Shown here: positions 37,811 to 47,071 of the stretch, in pieces
How positions within the stretch are numbered: position 1 is the first letter of the stretch
How the letters are laid out: every line of letters begins with the position of its first letter
Assembly (NCBI GenBank): GCA_964445095.1
Contig: CAYUJR010000001.1
Span: 48,283 to 103,695, forward strand
DNA from: an uncultured Gammaproteobacteria bacterium
GTDB lineage: Bacteria; Patescibacteriota; Microgenomatia; Levybacterales; JACOYD01
Length of the DNA stretch: 55,413 nucleotides
Reading direction: 5' to 3'
The notes under the pieces: generated by a model
Databases searched by the model: none
Told to the model about the DNA's origin: nothing
What the model saw: only the letters and a program-made list of their open reading frames with translations
Translations under genes and position numbers: made by a program

Positions 37811-39023
37811 CCTTTGGCCAGAAATATGCTGTGATAAAAACTGTTGATAGATATCCCAAGTGACTATTATTTAAATATCGGGAAAAATACCAAAAGACGA
37901 AAAGGAAAACTCCATAAAAAAGAATTAATCGAGAAACCGTTGGTATTTTGCGAAGATATATCAGTAGCCATACTAATACTGGGGCGCCGATTCCTATTTG
38001 CCAAATAAGAAATGGGTAATAATTATGTATATCTTTAATAATGCCTAAACTAACAAGTATCATGCCAAAACCATACCCCGAGACCGGATAGCTATTAGGC
38101 GCATTTCCAGAAAGATAAAAGACAGTGCTATCTAGTAAGGCTTTCGTATCCCACAGCAAAAACGGAACAAAAATAGCCGACAAAACTATAATAGATAAAC
38201 CAAGCTGCTTAATGGTCCAAGCAATATTTCTATTTTTAAAATATAAAAAGGCTATATATAGGGGGAAGATTGGCCAAACCGATTGTTTGACAGCAAAAGC
38301 CATAGCCATGGGAATACCGGCTAATAAATATCGTTTTTTATGTAAAAACAGAAAAGCAAAGAAAAGAAAACTAAACATAAAGAAATCCGATCTGCCCTCC
38401 AGCATATAAAGTAATGTGGCGGGATTAAAGGCCAATAAAATTAAAAACAATAAACGCTGTCTCTCGTCTTTTACTAGCTTAGCTACCCCCATCAGTAGCG
38501 CCAGGAATAAAAAGAGCAAGGGCATTCGCGCGTCAAAAAAACCAAAAATAGGAATACTAAGAAAATAAAAAGGTAAAGCAAATAGGATGTATAATGGCGG
38601 TAATACAAAATGGTAAAGCGCCGGATTGACTTCTTTTTCTGAATAGTGCCACTGTTCTAGAAATGTGCCAAAATAAGTAGTGGCGTAAGGATTTTTACCA
38701 TCGAGCAAAAATCTCATGGCTATTTCTTGCTGCAACGGCATGTCATGAATTTGATAGGTCGGATGGGCTTGACGGCGAACTATCATGGCCGAGGCAAAAG
38801 CGCTCCCAATCACCAAAATTATTAGCGACCATAGCAAAATGTGTTTATACTTAAAATATTGTTTCTCGCTAATTTTGATGATATCTAGAAGTAAGTAAAT
38901 AAATAACCCCAGAAAAATTATCCCAAAAAGCCAGTAGGGGGTTTTGTCCGGACTTAAACTAACAGTCATAATAAAGGGAATAATTAAGGTAAATAACAAG
39001 ATTGAATCTAGTTTAATAGTCAT
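37800..39023 (-). CDS. Polytopic membrane protein, DUF2029/GT87-like GT-C candidate
   Basis: 407 aa. The loop IHDMPLQQEIAMRFLLDGKNPYATTY fits the D...G.NPY pattern. At least 9 hydrophobic helices. Confidence 0.4.
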   Translation of the reverse strand: MTIKLDSILLFTLIIPFIMTVSLSPDKTPYWLFGIIFLGLFIYLLLDIIKISEKQYFKYKHILLWSLIILVIGSAFASAMIVRRQAHPTYQIHDMPLQQEIAMRFLLDGKNPYATTYFGTFLEQWHYSEKEVNPALYHFVLPPLYILFALPFYFLSIPIFGFFDARMPLLFLFLALLMGVAKLVKDERQRLLFLILLAFNPATLLYMLEGRSDFFMFSFLFFAFLFLHKKRYLLAGIPMAMAFAVKQSVWPIFPLYIAFLYFKNRNIAWTIKQLGLSIIVLSAIFVPFLLWDTKALLDSTVFYLSGNAPNSYPVSGYGFGMILVSLGIIKDIHNYYPFLIWQIGIGAPVLVWLLIYLRKIPTVSRLILFYGVFLFVFWYFSRYLNNSHLGYLSTVFITAYFWPKDEE

Positions 39024-41392
39024 CTTTTTTCTTTCCTTCTAATGAAAATAATAGCCACCACGAAGAGAAGGCTTATTCCACTAACTAGACTACCATAAGT
39101 AAAGCTTTTTGGTCTATAAGTAAATACTACCTCGCTTTCTCCGGCTGGCGCCAAAACTGCCCGCAGCGCATAGTCGGCACGATAAATTTTAGTCGGTACA
39201 CCATTTATCGTCGCTTGCCAACCAGGATAGTATGCATCAGAAAGAACCAAGAATTGAGGAGCGTCGGTTGAGGTTCTGATCGCTACCCTACTGGGTTGGT
39301 ATTCTGTAATTTTGACTGCGCCTTGAGAAGAATAATCTGGTATTAATCTCTCTGTTTTTTCCTGAAGAATAATTTTTTTGGATAGATCTGTCTGCGGATC
39401 ATAGATTAAACTAATTGCCTCCTGATCAGAAGTCGTAGAAATTACCTCTGACACAAGGAATGCCCTCGCAAATGCTTTTTTATTTTCAAAGATCATAAAA
39501 CCGTTGTCTTGCCAAAGCAAGGAAAATCTGTCGTTGTTTTTATCTTCTTTTTGTTCTTGATTATAATAGCCAATAAATTTTACCCCCAGTAGGTCAAGTA
39601 ATCTTAGACGCTTTTGGTTAGTATCCTCCAGCGGATAAATTTCGCTTGTTGGAATAACAGCATCAGATCTCGAGGCAATACCGCGTAGATCGCCGGTATT
39701 TACCGAAGAAATAAGTTCGTTGTAGTTCTTGATGTTAACCGGATCATACCCTTCGGGAGAATAAATCTCGTAGACTGTGGCAAAATTATTTGTCAGACTA
39801 GCCCTGCCATAATAACTCCAGTATCGATATAAACCTTGATGTGCTTGCAGGTAGGCAAGCAATGGATGCTGTGGGTAAATAAATTTGATCTCTGTAAATG
39901 CGGCATATTTCTGAAAAAATATTAAAGAATGAAATAATAAAATTACCGTTAAAGCAACAAAGGCTGGTTTTTTATACCGGGGGAATTTTATCGCCCCTAG
40001 AATAACAACCGTAGTTACCAAAAATATAATTAAGGGCAGTATCAAATTTCGCAGGGAAATAATATACCAATTAGGCGGGAAGGACAGTAATGAGCTTTTT
40101 TGCATAAAAGACCACATGAGCCAGACGGCAATAGCTAGATAAAGAGCTAACAGCGGTAGTAACAAAAAAAATGCTTTTTTAATTCTGATGCCACCCTTGA
40201 GTAAAACTTCCATGCCCAGGGCAGAAAGGACAGATAGAGAAAACGCCGTAACAAGAATTATCCTGATGGGAATGGCTGTCGATAAAAATGGCACGTGAAG
40301 TTGATAAATTAACCGCGAGGTTGGTAGATCAAATATGCTGCTTAAAGTCGCGATTGCCGCAATAAGAAAAAAAATTACATACGAACGTAGCTTAGCGTTA
40401 AACAATGCCAATAAAGATAACACTAGTGGCACTATTCCAACATAAGTCATATTTTCATAGTACTGACCGGGCCTTTGTAAAAACCAGTTCTGTGTTGCTA
40501 TGTGGCCAAAAATATCAGGAATAAAAATTGTTAGCAATTGAATTGGAGACAATAGAAAATCTAGATTGACATCAGATAAGCTAATCTCTTTTCTGGGAGA
40601 CAATAGGAAGGCCTCCGCCCCAGGTATTATCTGTATAGCTGACAAGCCAAGACCTAAAATTAATCCTCCTGCAAATAGGGCTAGCGTCTTTTTAGTTATG
40701 GCTTTAGCCCGAAAGATTAGATAGGATAAAATAAATATAAAAAGGTAAATAGTTGGCTGGATATATCCAGCCGTAATTGAAGCAGCGATACTGAATGCCA
40801 ATAGCACAACGTAGAATAGTTTTTTGGTATTAATTAATTTTTCGATACTAAAAAGGGCAAGCGGTAACCAAAGCATGCTATGAACCGCCTGCCAAATTTC
40901 CGCCCCCCAAATAAGCATGGGAGCAGATAAGGCAAACGCCGTTCCTCCAAAAAAAGCGGATAATTTACCAAGCGTAAGACTGCGAAGGTAAAGATAGGTA
41001 AAAAACCCAGACAGGATAATAGCGCTTAATTTTAAAAATATCAAAATTTGAATTTTACTTAATAATAAAAATGTCATGCTTAAGGGATAAAATATGGCGC
41101 TGGCCCAGTTGGCAAAATGCGGATAGCCAGAAAAATTATAAGGGTTCCATAATGGAACAGAACCAGTCCGCATTAAATCATAGGTAAAATCAAGCAGAGG
41201 ATAGAATTCTCGTATTTCATCAACTCCTATGAGCTTAAAGGGTGTTAGCTGTCGCCATGGATTAAAAAATGCCACCAATAAATTACCATTTAGGGGAATT
41301 TTCCCAAGAAAAATTGGAAAATAAAAAACTAAAGCGGTAACTATAAACAGTAGGAAGACAACTGCCAACCCTACAACAGTTTTTCTACCCAT
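39020..41392 (-). CDS. YfhO-family GT-C membrane glycosyltransferase, paralog B of 4
   Basis: FNPWRQ..EFYPLLDF..TGSVPLWNPYNFSGYPH. C-terminal LSDAYYPGWQATINGVPTKIYRADYALRAVLAPAGE. Confidence 0.8.
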   Translation of the reverse strand: MGRKTVVGLAVVFLLFIVTALVFYFPIFLGKIPLNGNLLVAFFNPWRQLTPFKLIGVDEIREFYPLLDFTYDLMRTGSVPLWNPYNFSGYPHFANWASAIFYPLSMTFLLLSKIQILIFLKLSAIILSGFFTYLYLRSLTLGKLSAFFGGTAFALSAPMLIWGAEIWQAVHSMLWLPLALFSIEKLINTKKLFYVVLLAFSIAASITAGYIQPTIYLFIFILSYLIFRAKAITKKTLALFAGGLILGLGLSAIQIIPGAEAFLLSPRKEISLSDVNLDFLLSPIQLLTIFIPDIFGHIATQNWFLQRPGQYYENMTYVGIVPLVLSLLALFNAKLRSYVIFFLIAAIATLSSIFDLPTSRLIYQLHVPFLSTAIPIRIILVTAFSLSVLSALGMEVLLKGGIRIKKAFFLLLPLLALYLAIAVWLMWSFMQKSSLLSFPPNWYIISLRNLILPLIIFLVTTVVILGAIKFPRYKKPAFVALTVILLFHSLIFFQKYAAFTEIKFIYPQHPLLAYLQAHQGLYRYWSYYGRASLTNNFATVYEIYSPEGYDPVNIKNYNELISSVNTGDLRGIASRSDAVIPTSEIYPLEDTNQKRLRLLDLLGVKFIGYYNQEQKEDKNNDRFSLLWQDNGFMIFENKKAFARAFLVSEVISTTSDQEAISLIYDPQTDLSKKIILQEKTERLIPDYSSQGAVKITEYQPSRVAIRTSTDAPQFLVLSDAYYPGWQATINGVPTKIYRADYALRAVLAPAGESEVVFTYRPKSFTYGSLVSGISLLFVVAIIFIRRKEKR

Positions 41393-42405
41393 GTGATAGG
41401 TGTATACTTGTTAACAATCTCTAAATCTTCTAGATAATGGAATTTTTGTGGCCCTTTCTTTTTTGCCCACTCTATCATTTTTTTTACTCCGTCCTGTAGT
41501 GATACTGTAGTTTGATAACCCAGCACTCTCTTTGCTTTATCTACCGAACACCAAGCTTCCATTACTTCCATTGGGCGATGAGGGAGGTATTTTGGTTGTA
41601 AATTAGCGGGGACATTGCCATTTGGGAAAAATCTATCCAAAACAATTTTTGCTAACTCATTAATCGTGTACTCCTCTGTAGGACCAATATTAAAAATTTC
41701 TCCTTCTGCTTCTTTACCAAACGCTGCCTTAATAATGTAGGGGGTAAAATCATCAATATAAGAAAAGGCTCGCTTTTGCTTTCCCTCTCCATAGATATAA
41801 AAGTTTTTATTATTGAGAAGGCAATTAATGAAAATTGCCACTACGTTTCTATAGGGATCTGATAAATTCTGTCCTGGGCCGTAAACGTTGTGCGGACGGA
41901 TGATCACATATTTAAATCCGTGAACTTTACTCATGACTTCTGTAGCTCTTTCCATAGCGGCTTTGGAAATACCATATATATCATCAGGCAAATGAGGCAT
42001 CTCTTCTTTAAAAGGAGGTTTTTGAGAACCATAAACACTCATTGAGCTGGTCAAAATCATTTTTTTAAGACCGTTTTTGATGGCCGCTGTTAGTAAATAA
42101 ATATAGGCTAGAAAATTGCGCTCCGTACAACCAATGGGAGTAAACTGACTTCTTCCTTCTGTGGCATCTGCTGCTAGATGAAAAATGATTTCTGGTTTTA
42201 TTTCCGCAACATATTTTGCTACTTTTTCCCTTTCTCGCAGATCAAGCTGAGTAAAATGGCTTTTAGGATTAACATTATCAAGATATCCTCCCGACAAGTC
42301 ATCTACGCTAAAAACTTCGCTGTGGGCCATCTCAATAAGTTTATTAACTAGATGGCTACCCATGAATCCTGCCGCTCCGGTAACCAAAATTCTTTGTTTA
42401 AGCAT
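41371..42405 (-). CDS. NAD-dependent epimerase/dehydratase (extended SDR, UDP-sugar epimerase/4,6-dehydratase class)
   Basis: ILVTGAAGFMGSHLV and YGISKAAME (YxxxK). 344 aa. Confidence 0.85.
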   Translation of the reverse strand: MLKQRILVTGAAGFMGSHLVNKLIEMAHSEVFSVDDLSGGYLDNVNPKSHFTQLDLREREKVAKYVAEIKPEIIFHLAADATEGRSQFTPIGCTERNFLAYIYLLTAAIKNGLKKMILTSSMSVYGSQKPPFKEEMPHLPDDIYGISKAAMERATEVMSKVHGFKYVIIRPHNVYGPGQNLSDPYRNVVAIFINCLLNNKNFYIYGEGKQKRAFSYIDDFTPYIIKAAFGKEAEGEIFNIGPTEEYTINELAKIVLDRFFPNGNVPANLQPKYLPHRPMEVMEAWCSVDKAKRVLGYQTTVSLQDGVKKMIEWAKKKGPQKFHYLEDLEIVNKYTPITWVEKLL

Positions 42406-42459
42406 ATCTTCTTTATTATCTTAAAGTATTATGATAAATATTGCAACAGCAATATATTG

Positions 42460-42465
42460 TATAAT
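42460..42465 (+). promoter_or_regulatory. Candidate -10 box (plus-strand DPM1-like GT2)
   Basis: TATAAT 42460-42465, then 11 nt to ATG 42477. TTGCAA at 42441 is only 13 nt away, so the -35 is unclear. Confidence 0.45.
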
Positions 42466-42476
42466 AGTTTCAATTT

Positions 42477-43187
42477 ATGTTAAATCAGAAGAAAATTTCT
42501 TTGGTTTTTCCTGCTTTTAATGAAGCCGGTAATATCACCCAAGCTATTGATAATTTTAAAGCTCTAAAACTTATCGATGAGATTATTGTTGTTGATAATA
42601 ATTCAACTGATAGGACTGCTGAGATCGCAAAAACTAAAGGGGTAAAAATCATTAAAGAGGTACGTCAGGGATATGGTTTTGCCCTAATACGTGGTCTTAA
42701 ACAAGCAACGGGTGATTATATTGTCCTTACAGAACCCGATGGAACATTTATGGCAAAGGACTTACTGCGACTTTTAAAATACTCCAGCAGTTACGATATG
42801 GTTACGGGAACTCGGACAAATCCTCAATATTTTACCCGAGATGCCAATATGGGATATTTCCTGCGATTTGGAAATATTTTTGTTGCTAAACTGATACAAA
42901 TTCTTTATAATACCTCTTCGTTATCAGATTGCGGTTGTACCTTCCGAATCATCAAAAAATCATTAATTACCAAATTACTTCCTAAATTTACCGTTGGAGG
43001 GCAACACTTTTTAGCAGAACTGGTTGTACTTACTGCACTTACTGGCGGCAGTATTTATGAAATACCAGTGCGTTATAAAAAAAGAGTGGGTAGATCAAAA
43101 ATAACCGGCTCGCTTAAAACTTCAATTTCCGTAGGACTTCATATGATAGGGACATTAATCAAGTATAAATTTAATTTAAAAATCTAA
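42477..43187 (+). CDS. DPM1-like GT2, predicted polyprenyl-phosphate sugar synthase (only plus-strand gene in the cluster)
   Basis: ISLVFPAFNEAGNI, VVDNNSTDRTAEIAK, TEPDGTF and FLAELVVLTALTGGSIYEIPVRYKKRVGRSKI, the DPM1-type C-terminal motif. Confidence 0.8.
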   Translation: MLNQKKISLVFPAFNEAGNITQAIDNFKALKLIDEIIVVDNNSTDRTAEIAKTKGVKIIKEVRQGYGFALIRGLKQATGDYIVLTEPDGTFMAKDLLRLLKYSSSYDMVTGTRTNPQYFTRDANMGYFLRFGNIFVAKLIQILYNTSSLSDCGCTFRIIKKSLITKLLPKFTVGGQHFLAELVVLTALTGGSIYEIPVRYKKRVGRSKITGSLKTSISVGLHMIGTLIKYKFNLKI

Positions 43188-43917
43188 ATTTAATCAGCGT
43201 CCAAAGAGCAATCACGCCATCCCTAATAGTATTTAGTTTTTTACCTTCAGCATATCCTCTGGGGTTGGTGCTGATAGGAACTTCCATAATTTTATATCCC
43301 TTTTTTAGTAATTTGGCAGTAATTTCAGGCTCAAAGTCAAAACTTTTTGCCCGAAGGGTAATGCCGGCGAGGGCACTTTTGGGAAAAAGCTTGTAACCGG
43401 TCTCCATGTCAGTCAACCATTGACCGTAAAGAAGACTTGTCAATAGACTCAATAATCTGTTGCCAAAATAATGTAACAAGAAGCGAAATGTTTTTTCATC
43501 TCGACTAAGATCTGGCCATCTTCTTAACCTAGTGCCATAAATTACTTGAGTCTGGCCGTCAAGAATTGGCCGAATTAACTTTTCTATATCGCTAGGGTGA
43601 TATTCCAGATCGGCGTCCTGAATAATAATATACTCTCCAGACGCATTATTAATGCCGGTTCTGACCGCAGCTCCCTTCCCCTGATTATTTTTATGCTTAA
43701 CGCTTTTAAGATTTGAGATTTGAGATTTTCCGCCAGAGGCGGATCCGCCTTTGGAGGAGATATTTGATATTACCGACGCGGTAGCATCGGTCGATCCATC
43801 ATCAACTACAATTATTTCTATAGTAATCTTTGCTATTTTGAGACTAGCTATAGCCCGCAAAACTTGCCCGATAGTTTTTTCCTCGTTATACACTGGAATA
43901 ACAATAGATAATTTCAT
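43171..43917 (-). CDS. DPM1-like GT2, predicted polyprenyl-phosphate sugar synthase, with low-complexity insert
   Basis: LSIVIPVYNEEKTI, VVDDGSTDAT, NNQGKGAAVRTG, IQDADLEY and FEPEITAKLLKKGYKIMEVPIS. The insert ISNISSKGGSASGGKSQISNLKS lies between the DGSTD and GKG motifs. Confidence 0.8.
   Translation of the reverse strand: MKLSIVIPVYNEEKTIGQVLRAIASLKIAKITIEIIVVDDGSTDATASVISNISSKGGSASGGKSQISNLKSVKHKNNQGKGAAVRTGINNASGEYIIIQDADLEYHPSDIEKLIRPILDGQTQVIYGTRLRRWPDLSRDEKTFRFLLHYFGNRLLSLLTSLLYGQWLTDMETGYKLFPKSALAGITLRAKSFDFEPEITAKLLKKGYKIMEVPISTNPRGYAEGKKLNTIRDGVIALWTLIKFRFLN
43704..43771. repeat. Composite: ATTTGAG-type heptamers, GC-rich palindrome, ATTTGAT heptamer
   Basis: ttttaag atttgag atttgag attt (43704-43728). 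ccgccagaggcggatccgcc, with the perfect 14-nt palindrome aggcggatccgcct at 43737-43750. atttgat att (43762-43771). Confidence 0.8.
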
Positions 43918-44828
43918 GATAATACTTCGTTATCAGATTTTATAAACAATTTTCGTACCCTTAGGCCTTCTTTAATAATAGCAGGTAATCTAATCAGAGC
44001 TAGAAAAAATCCTATTAAAAAATAAAGATCGCCCCGCATAAAAGCTCTTACAACATGATATGGCAACCACAAAAGATGCCATAACCGCTTATTAAGATCA
44101 GTTATATTCTTCCAGACAAATATAAACTGATTTCGATAGGCGATAATTTTGATTTTGAAATCCGGTTGATAATGTTTAATGGCACCATATGCATGCTCAT
44201 GGACAACAACTGCTTTTGGTTCAAAGAAAATTTTATGTCCCGATTTCAACGCTCGATAAGAAAGGTCTATGTCTTCCCAATAAAATGGGTTATAAAGAGA
44301 ATCAAAACCGCCCAGCTTCTCCCAGGTTTTTTTTCTAAAGGCACCTGATCCTCCAGAAACCCACAACGTATCTGTCTTATCAACCTCACCTCTTCTGTGG
44401 ATAAGGAAACCCCGCTGAAATTTACCAATTCCCCGACCTCTCAATACAATTTTTCTACCCTCAATGCTTTTGTCAAGACAACCCACGGCAAAAATATTGC
44501 TATCGTCAAAGTGGGAAATCAGCGGGTTTAAAAAATCTTTTTGGGGAGCCACATCCGTATTAAGTAAAACAACAATTTCTCCCTTTGCTTCTTCTACTCC
44601 CCTATTAATCGTCGAGGAAAAACCTAAGTTTTTCTCGTTACGAATAATTTTTAATTTAGGGTATGTATTTTTGATATATTCTACCGACCCATCCTGCGAG
44701 GCATCATCTACAATGATTATTTCAGCTATACTGTCTTTATATGCCGTAGTTGCGTCTAGAACTTTTGATAAATTTTTTCTTAGAAGTTCTTGACCATTGT
44801 AATTTGGAATAATAATACTTATATTCAT
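43914..44828 (-). CDS. Glycosyltransferase family 2
   Basis: ISIIIPNYNGQELL, VDDASQDGS, LLNTDV and YWEDIDLSYR. Confidence 0.8.
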   Translation of the reverse strand: MNISIIIPNYNGQELLRKNLSKVLDATTAYKDSIAEIIIVDDASQDGSVEYIKNTYPKLKIIRNEKNLGFSSTINRGVEEAKGEIVVLLNTDVAPQKDFLNPLISHFDDSNIFAVGCLDKSIEGRKIVLRGRGIGKFQRGFLIHRRGEVDKTDTLWVSGGSGAFRKKTWEKLGGFDSLYNPFYWEDIDLSYRALKSGHKIFFEPKAVVVHEHAYGAIKHYQPDFKIKIIAYRNQFIFVWKNITDLNKRLWHLLWLPYHVVRAFMRGDLYFLIGFFLALIRLPAIIKEGLRVRKLFIKSDNEVLS

Positions 44829-47071
44829 AATAATGTTGAGTAAAATATTACCGTATGCCTACCTTTTGGTACAACGACCCCTCTAAAATTATAGTCTGTT
44901 CTATAAATTTCGGTGGCGGCTCCATCAATTGTTGCTTGCCAGGTGGGATAAAAACTATCAGTTAAGACCAGAAATCCCTCGCTCCCATTTTTTGTCTCTA
45001 TAATTACCATGCTTTCACTATAAGTAGCAATCTCCGCTTCGCATTTTATACACTTCCAGGGTGTACTAGATAGGACACCTCGATAATTCTCGACAACGGC
45101 AGTCTTTCTTGGGTTAAAATTCTGCTCAAAAAGCTTCCTTATTGCCTCATTCTTACTTGCTACAGAATGTATTTCTTCAACAAAAAATGCTCGCGGTAAT
45201 ATCTTCTCGTTCTCATAAACTCTAGTCTCCCCTTCTTGGAAAACTTTTACTAGCTTGGGTGATTGTAAATCAGCAAGACTTAATACATATTTTACCCCCA
45301 GCAAATCAATTATTTTTGATTCGTAATTTTTGGGCGTAATGATTCTATTAAAACCAAAGGGAGAACTGATATTGGGTTCTCCCCGTTCTGATGCGGCAAT
45401 AAGTTCTCCGTAACGTTTTAGATATAAAGGATCGTAACCATCAACACTTTGCAACCGATACATCACCGAAAAGTTGGGCGGCAAAATTCTGTCGTCTGTT
45501 GTCATAATCCGAAAAATTCCCTGCTGCTTTTGTAAAAAGTTCAGCACTTCTGTTTGGGGAAAAAGATACTCCCGATTTGTAAAGGGCAGGAACTTCCAGC
45601 CAAAACGAATCAAATCAAAAGTAACCACTCCCGCCATAATGATGTATATTATTAAAGTAAATACTCCTTTTTTTAGGCGGGATAAGACGAGAAATATAAC
45701 TATCGATATGGCAAATAGACTTGTTGGCAGAATGAGATTATTTTTGGCTACTGAAATATCATCTTTAAAAGCAAATAGCCAAAGCACCGCCAGAATAAGT
45801 CCCACAATAATAACTGGATAGAAAATTTGCTTTTTTCGACGCATAAAATAGTCAAATCCCAGAGCGGCCAAAATAGCTAGTAAAAAATCTGCTAAAAAAA
45901 TTAGTCTGGTTGGTTGAGCTGTTGAAAGAAAAGGGATATTTAAAATATAAGGAACTTTCGCAATGGGAGTAGGCAGAGCTAAAAGCAATACTACAAAGAG
46001 AAATAGTCCAAAAAACATGGTCTTTTTATCGCGTCTTGTGATAATAGCAAAAAGGGCAAGTATTAATGGCAGGATACCAATGTAACCGATAAACTCTCCA
46101 TAATTCCAAACTCCGAGGTAATTAAGCGTGGTGGGATTACCAAAAAAATCAGGGGCGACAAATTGGGCTAAATGCTGCCAGGGAATAAACCAACCATCAC
46201 GTTGCCAATCTACCTGATCAATACTTCTTGCGCTCTCTTCAATTAACTGCAATGTCGGCAGCCACTGAATTGCGGTAATTACCATAAATAATAAATAGCA
46301 AACAGCAAATAATCCTAGAGTTGTTTTGTCTTTACCGTACTGCCACCAACGAACTATTAAATAAACTAAGGATATTACAAAAACATAAAAAAAGGTCTGT
46401 AAATGTCCGGCAAAGAACGAGGAAATAAGTGAAAATAAGAAAACAAAAAACCAAACAGTATATTTTTTGCCAAGATTAAGAAAAATTTTATCTATCGACA
46501 GGAGTATTAAGGGTAACCATAATGCCGCGTGTAGTATCGTTCCCCACTCCATCCAGGCAACGAAAAACCCAGAAAAAGCAAATGCTATCGCCCCTAATAA
46601 ACCGGCTAATTTCTCTAAATTTAGACTTCTTAAATAAAAATACATTAATATACCTGCCAGTAGCGGTTGTGCAATAATTAAAAACGACCAGGCGACGAGA
46701 AAAGGTAATAAAAAGAATAAAATATTAAAAGGATAAAAAGCGGCCGTTTGAAAGTTAGCCAGTAAGGGTATTCCAGCCATATTATAGGAATTCCATAACG
46801 GGATTTCTCCTTTTTTAAGCATGTCTATCGCTAAATCCTTCCATGGCAGCAACTGCCGGACGGGATCGGTAATTAAGAAGTTTTTAAAAGGAATGCCAAC
46901 TGGGTATTGCTCGGCATAAAGGTCACGGAAAGGGTGATAGAGTGCGACAATAGTATCAGCCGGTATAGGTAAAAGGTTGGAAAATAGGACAGCCCGGAAA
47001 AATATTACAATAACTAAAAAAATAGTTAGTATTGGCCAGCTAGCTTTTAATAATGTCATCAATTTTTTCAT
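44825..47071 (-). CDS. YfhO-family GT-C membrane glycosyltransferase, paralog C of 4
   Basis: LYHPFRDL..KGEIPLWNSYNMAGIPL. C-terminal LTDSFYPTWQATIDGAATEIYRTDYNFRGVVVPKGRHTV. Confidence 0.8.
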   Translation of the reverse strand: MKKLMTLLKASWPILTIFLVIVIFFRAVLFSNLLPIPADTIVALYHPFRDLYAEQYPVGIPFKNFLITDPVRQLLPWKDLAIDMLKKGEIPLWNSYNMAGIPLLANFQTAAFYPFNILFFLLPFLVAWSFLIIAQPLLAGILMYFYLRSLNLEKLAGLLGAIAFAFSGFFVAWMEWGTILHAALWLPLILLSIDKIFLNLGKKYTVWFFVFLFSLISSFFAGHLQTFFYVFVISLVYLIVRWWQYGKDKTTLGLFAVCYLLFMVITAIQWLPTLQLIEESARSIDQVDWQRDGWFIPWQHLAQFVAPDFFGNPTTLNYLGVWNYGEFIGYIGILPLILALFAIITRRDKKTMFFGLFLFVVLLLALPTPIAKVPYILNIPFLSTAQPTRLIFLADFLLAILAALGFDYFMRRKKQIFYPVIIVGLILAVLWLFAFKDDISVAKNNLILPTSLFAISIVIFLVLSRLKKGVFTLIIYIIMAGVVTFDLIRFGWKFLPFTNREYLFPQTEVLNFLQKQQGIFRIMTTDDRILPPNFSVMYRLQSVDGYDPLYLKRYGELIAASERGEPNISSPFGFNRIITPKNYESKIIDLLGVKYVLSLADLQSPKLVKVFQEGETRVYENEKILPRAFFVEEIHSVASKNEAIRKLFEQNFNPRKTAVVENYRGVLSSTPWKCIKCEAEIATYSESMVIIETKNGSEGFLVLTDSFYPTWQATIDGAATEIYRTDYNFRGVVVPKGRHTVIFYSTLL

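Noticed and set aside
42440-42453. The small inverted repeat ATTGC-aaca-GCAAT in the divergent region 42406-42476 as an operator.
   Set aside because: It has only a 5-bp stem in very AT-rich DNA, which is easily a chance occurrence, and no cognate regulator gene is nearby.
43741-43746. The GGATCC (BamHI) site at the centre of the palindrome as a cloning or vector artefact.
   Set aside because: The segment is in-frame within an intact GT2 ORF and continuous with the flanking native sequence. There is no vector-like sequence around it.
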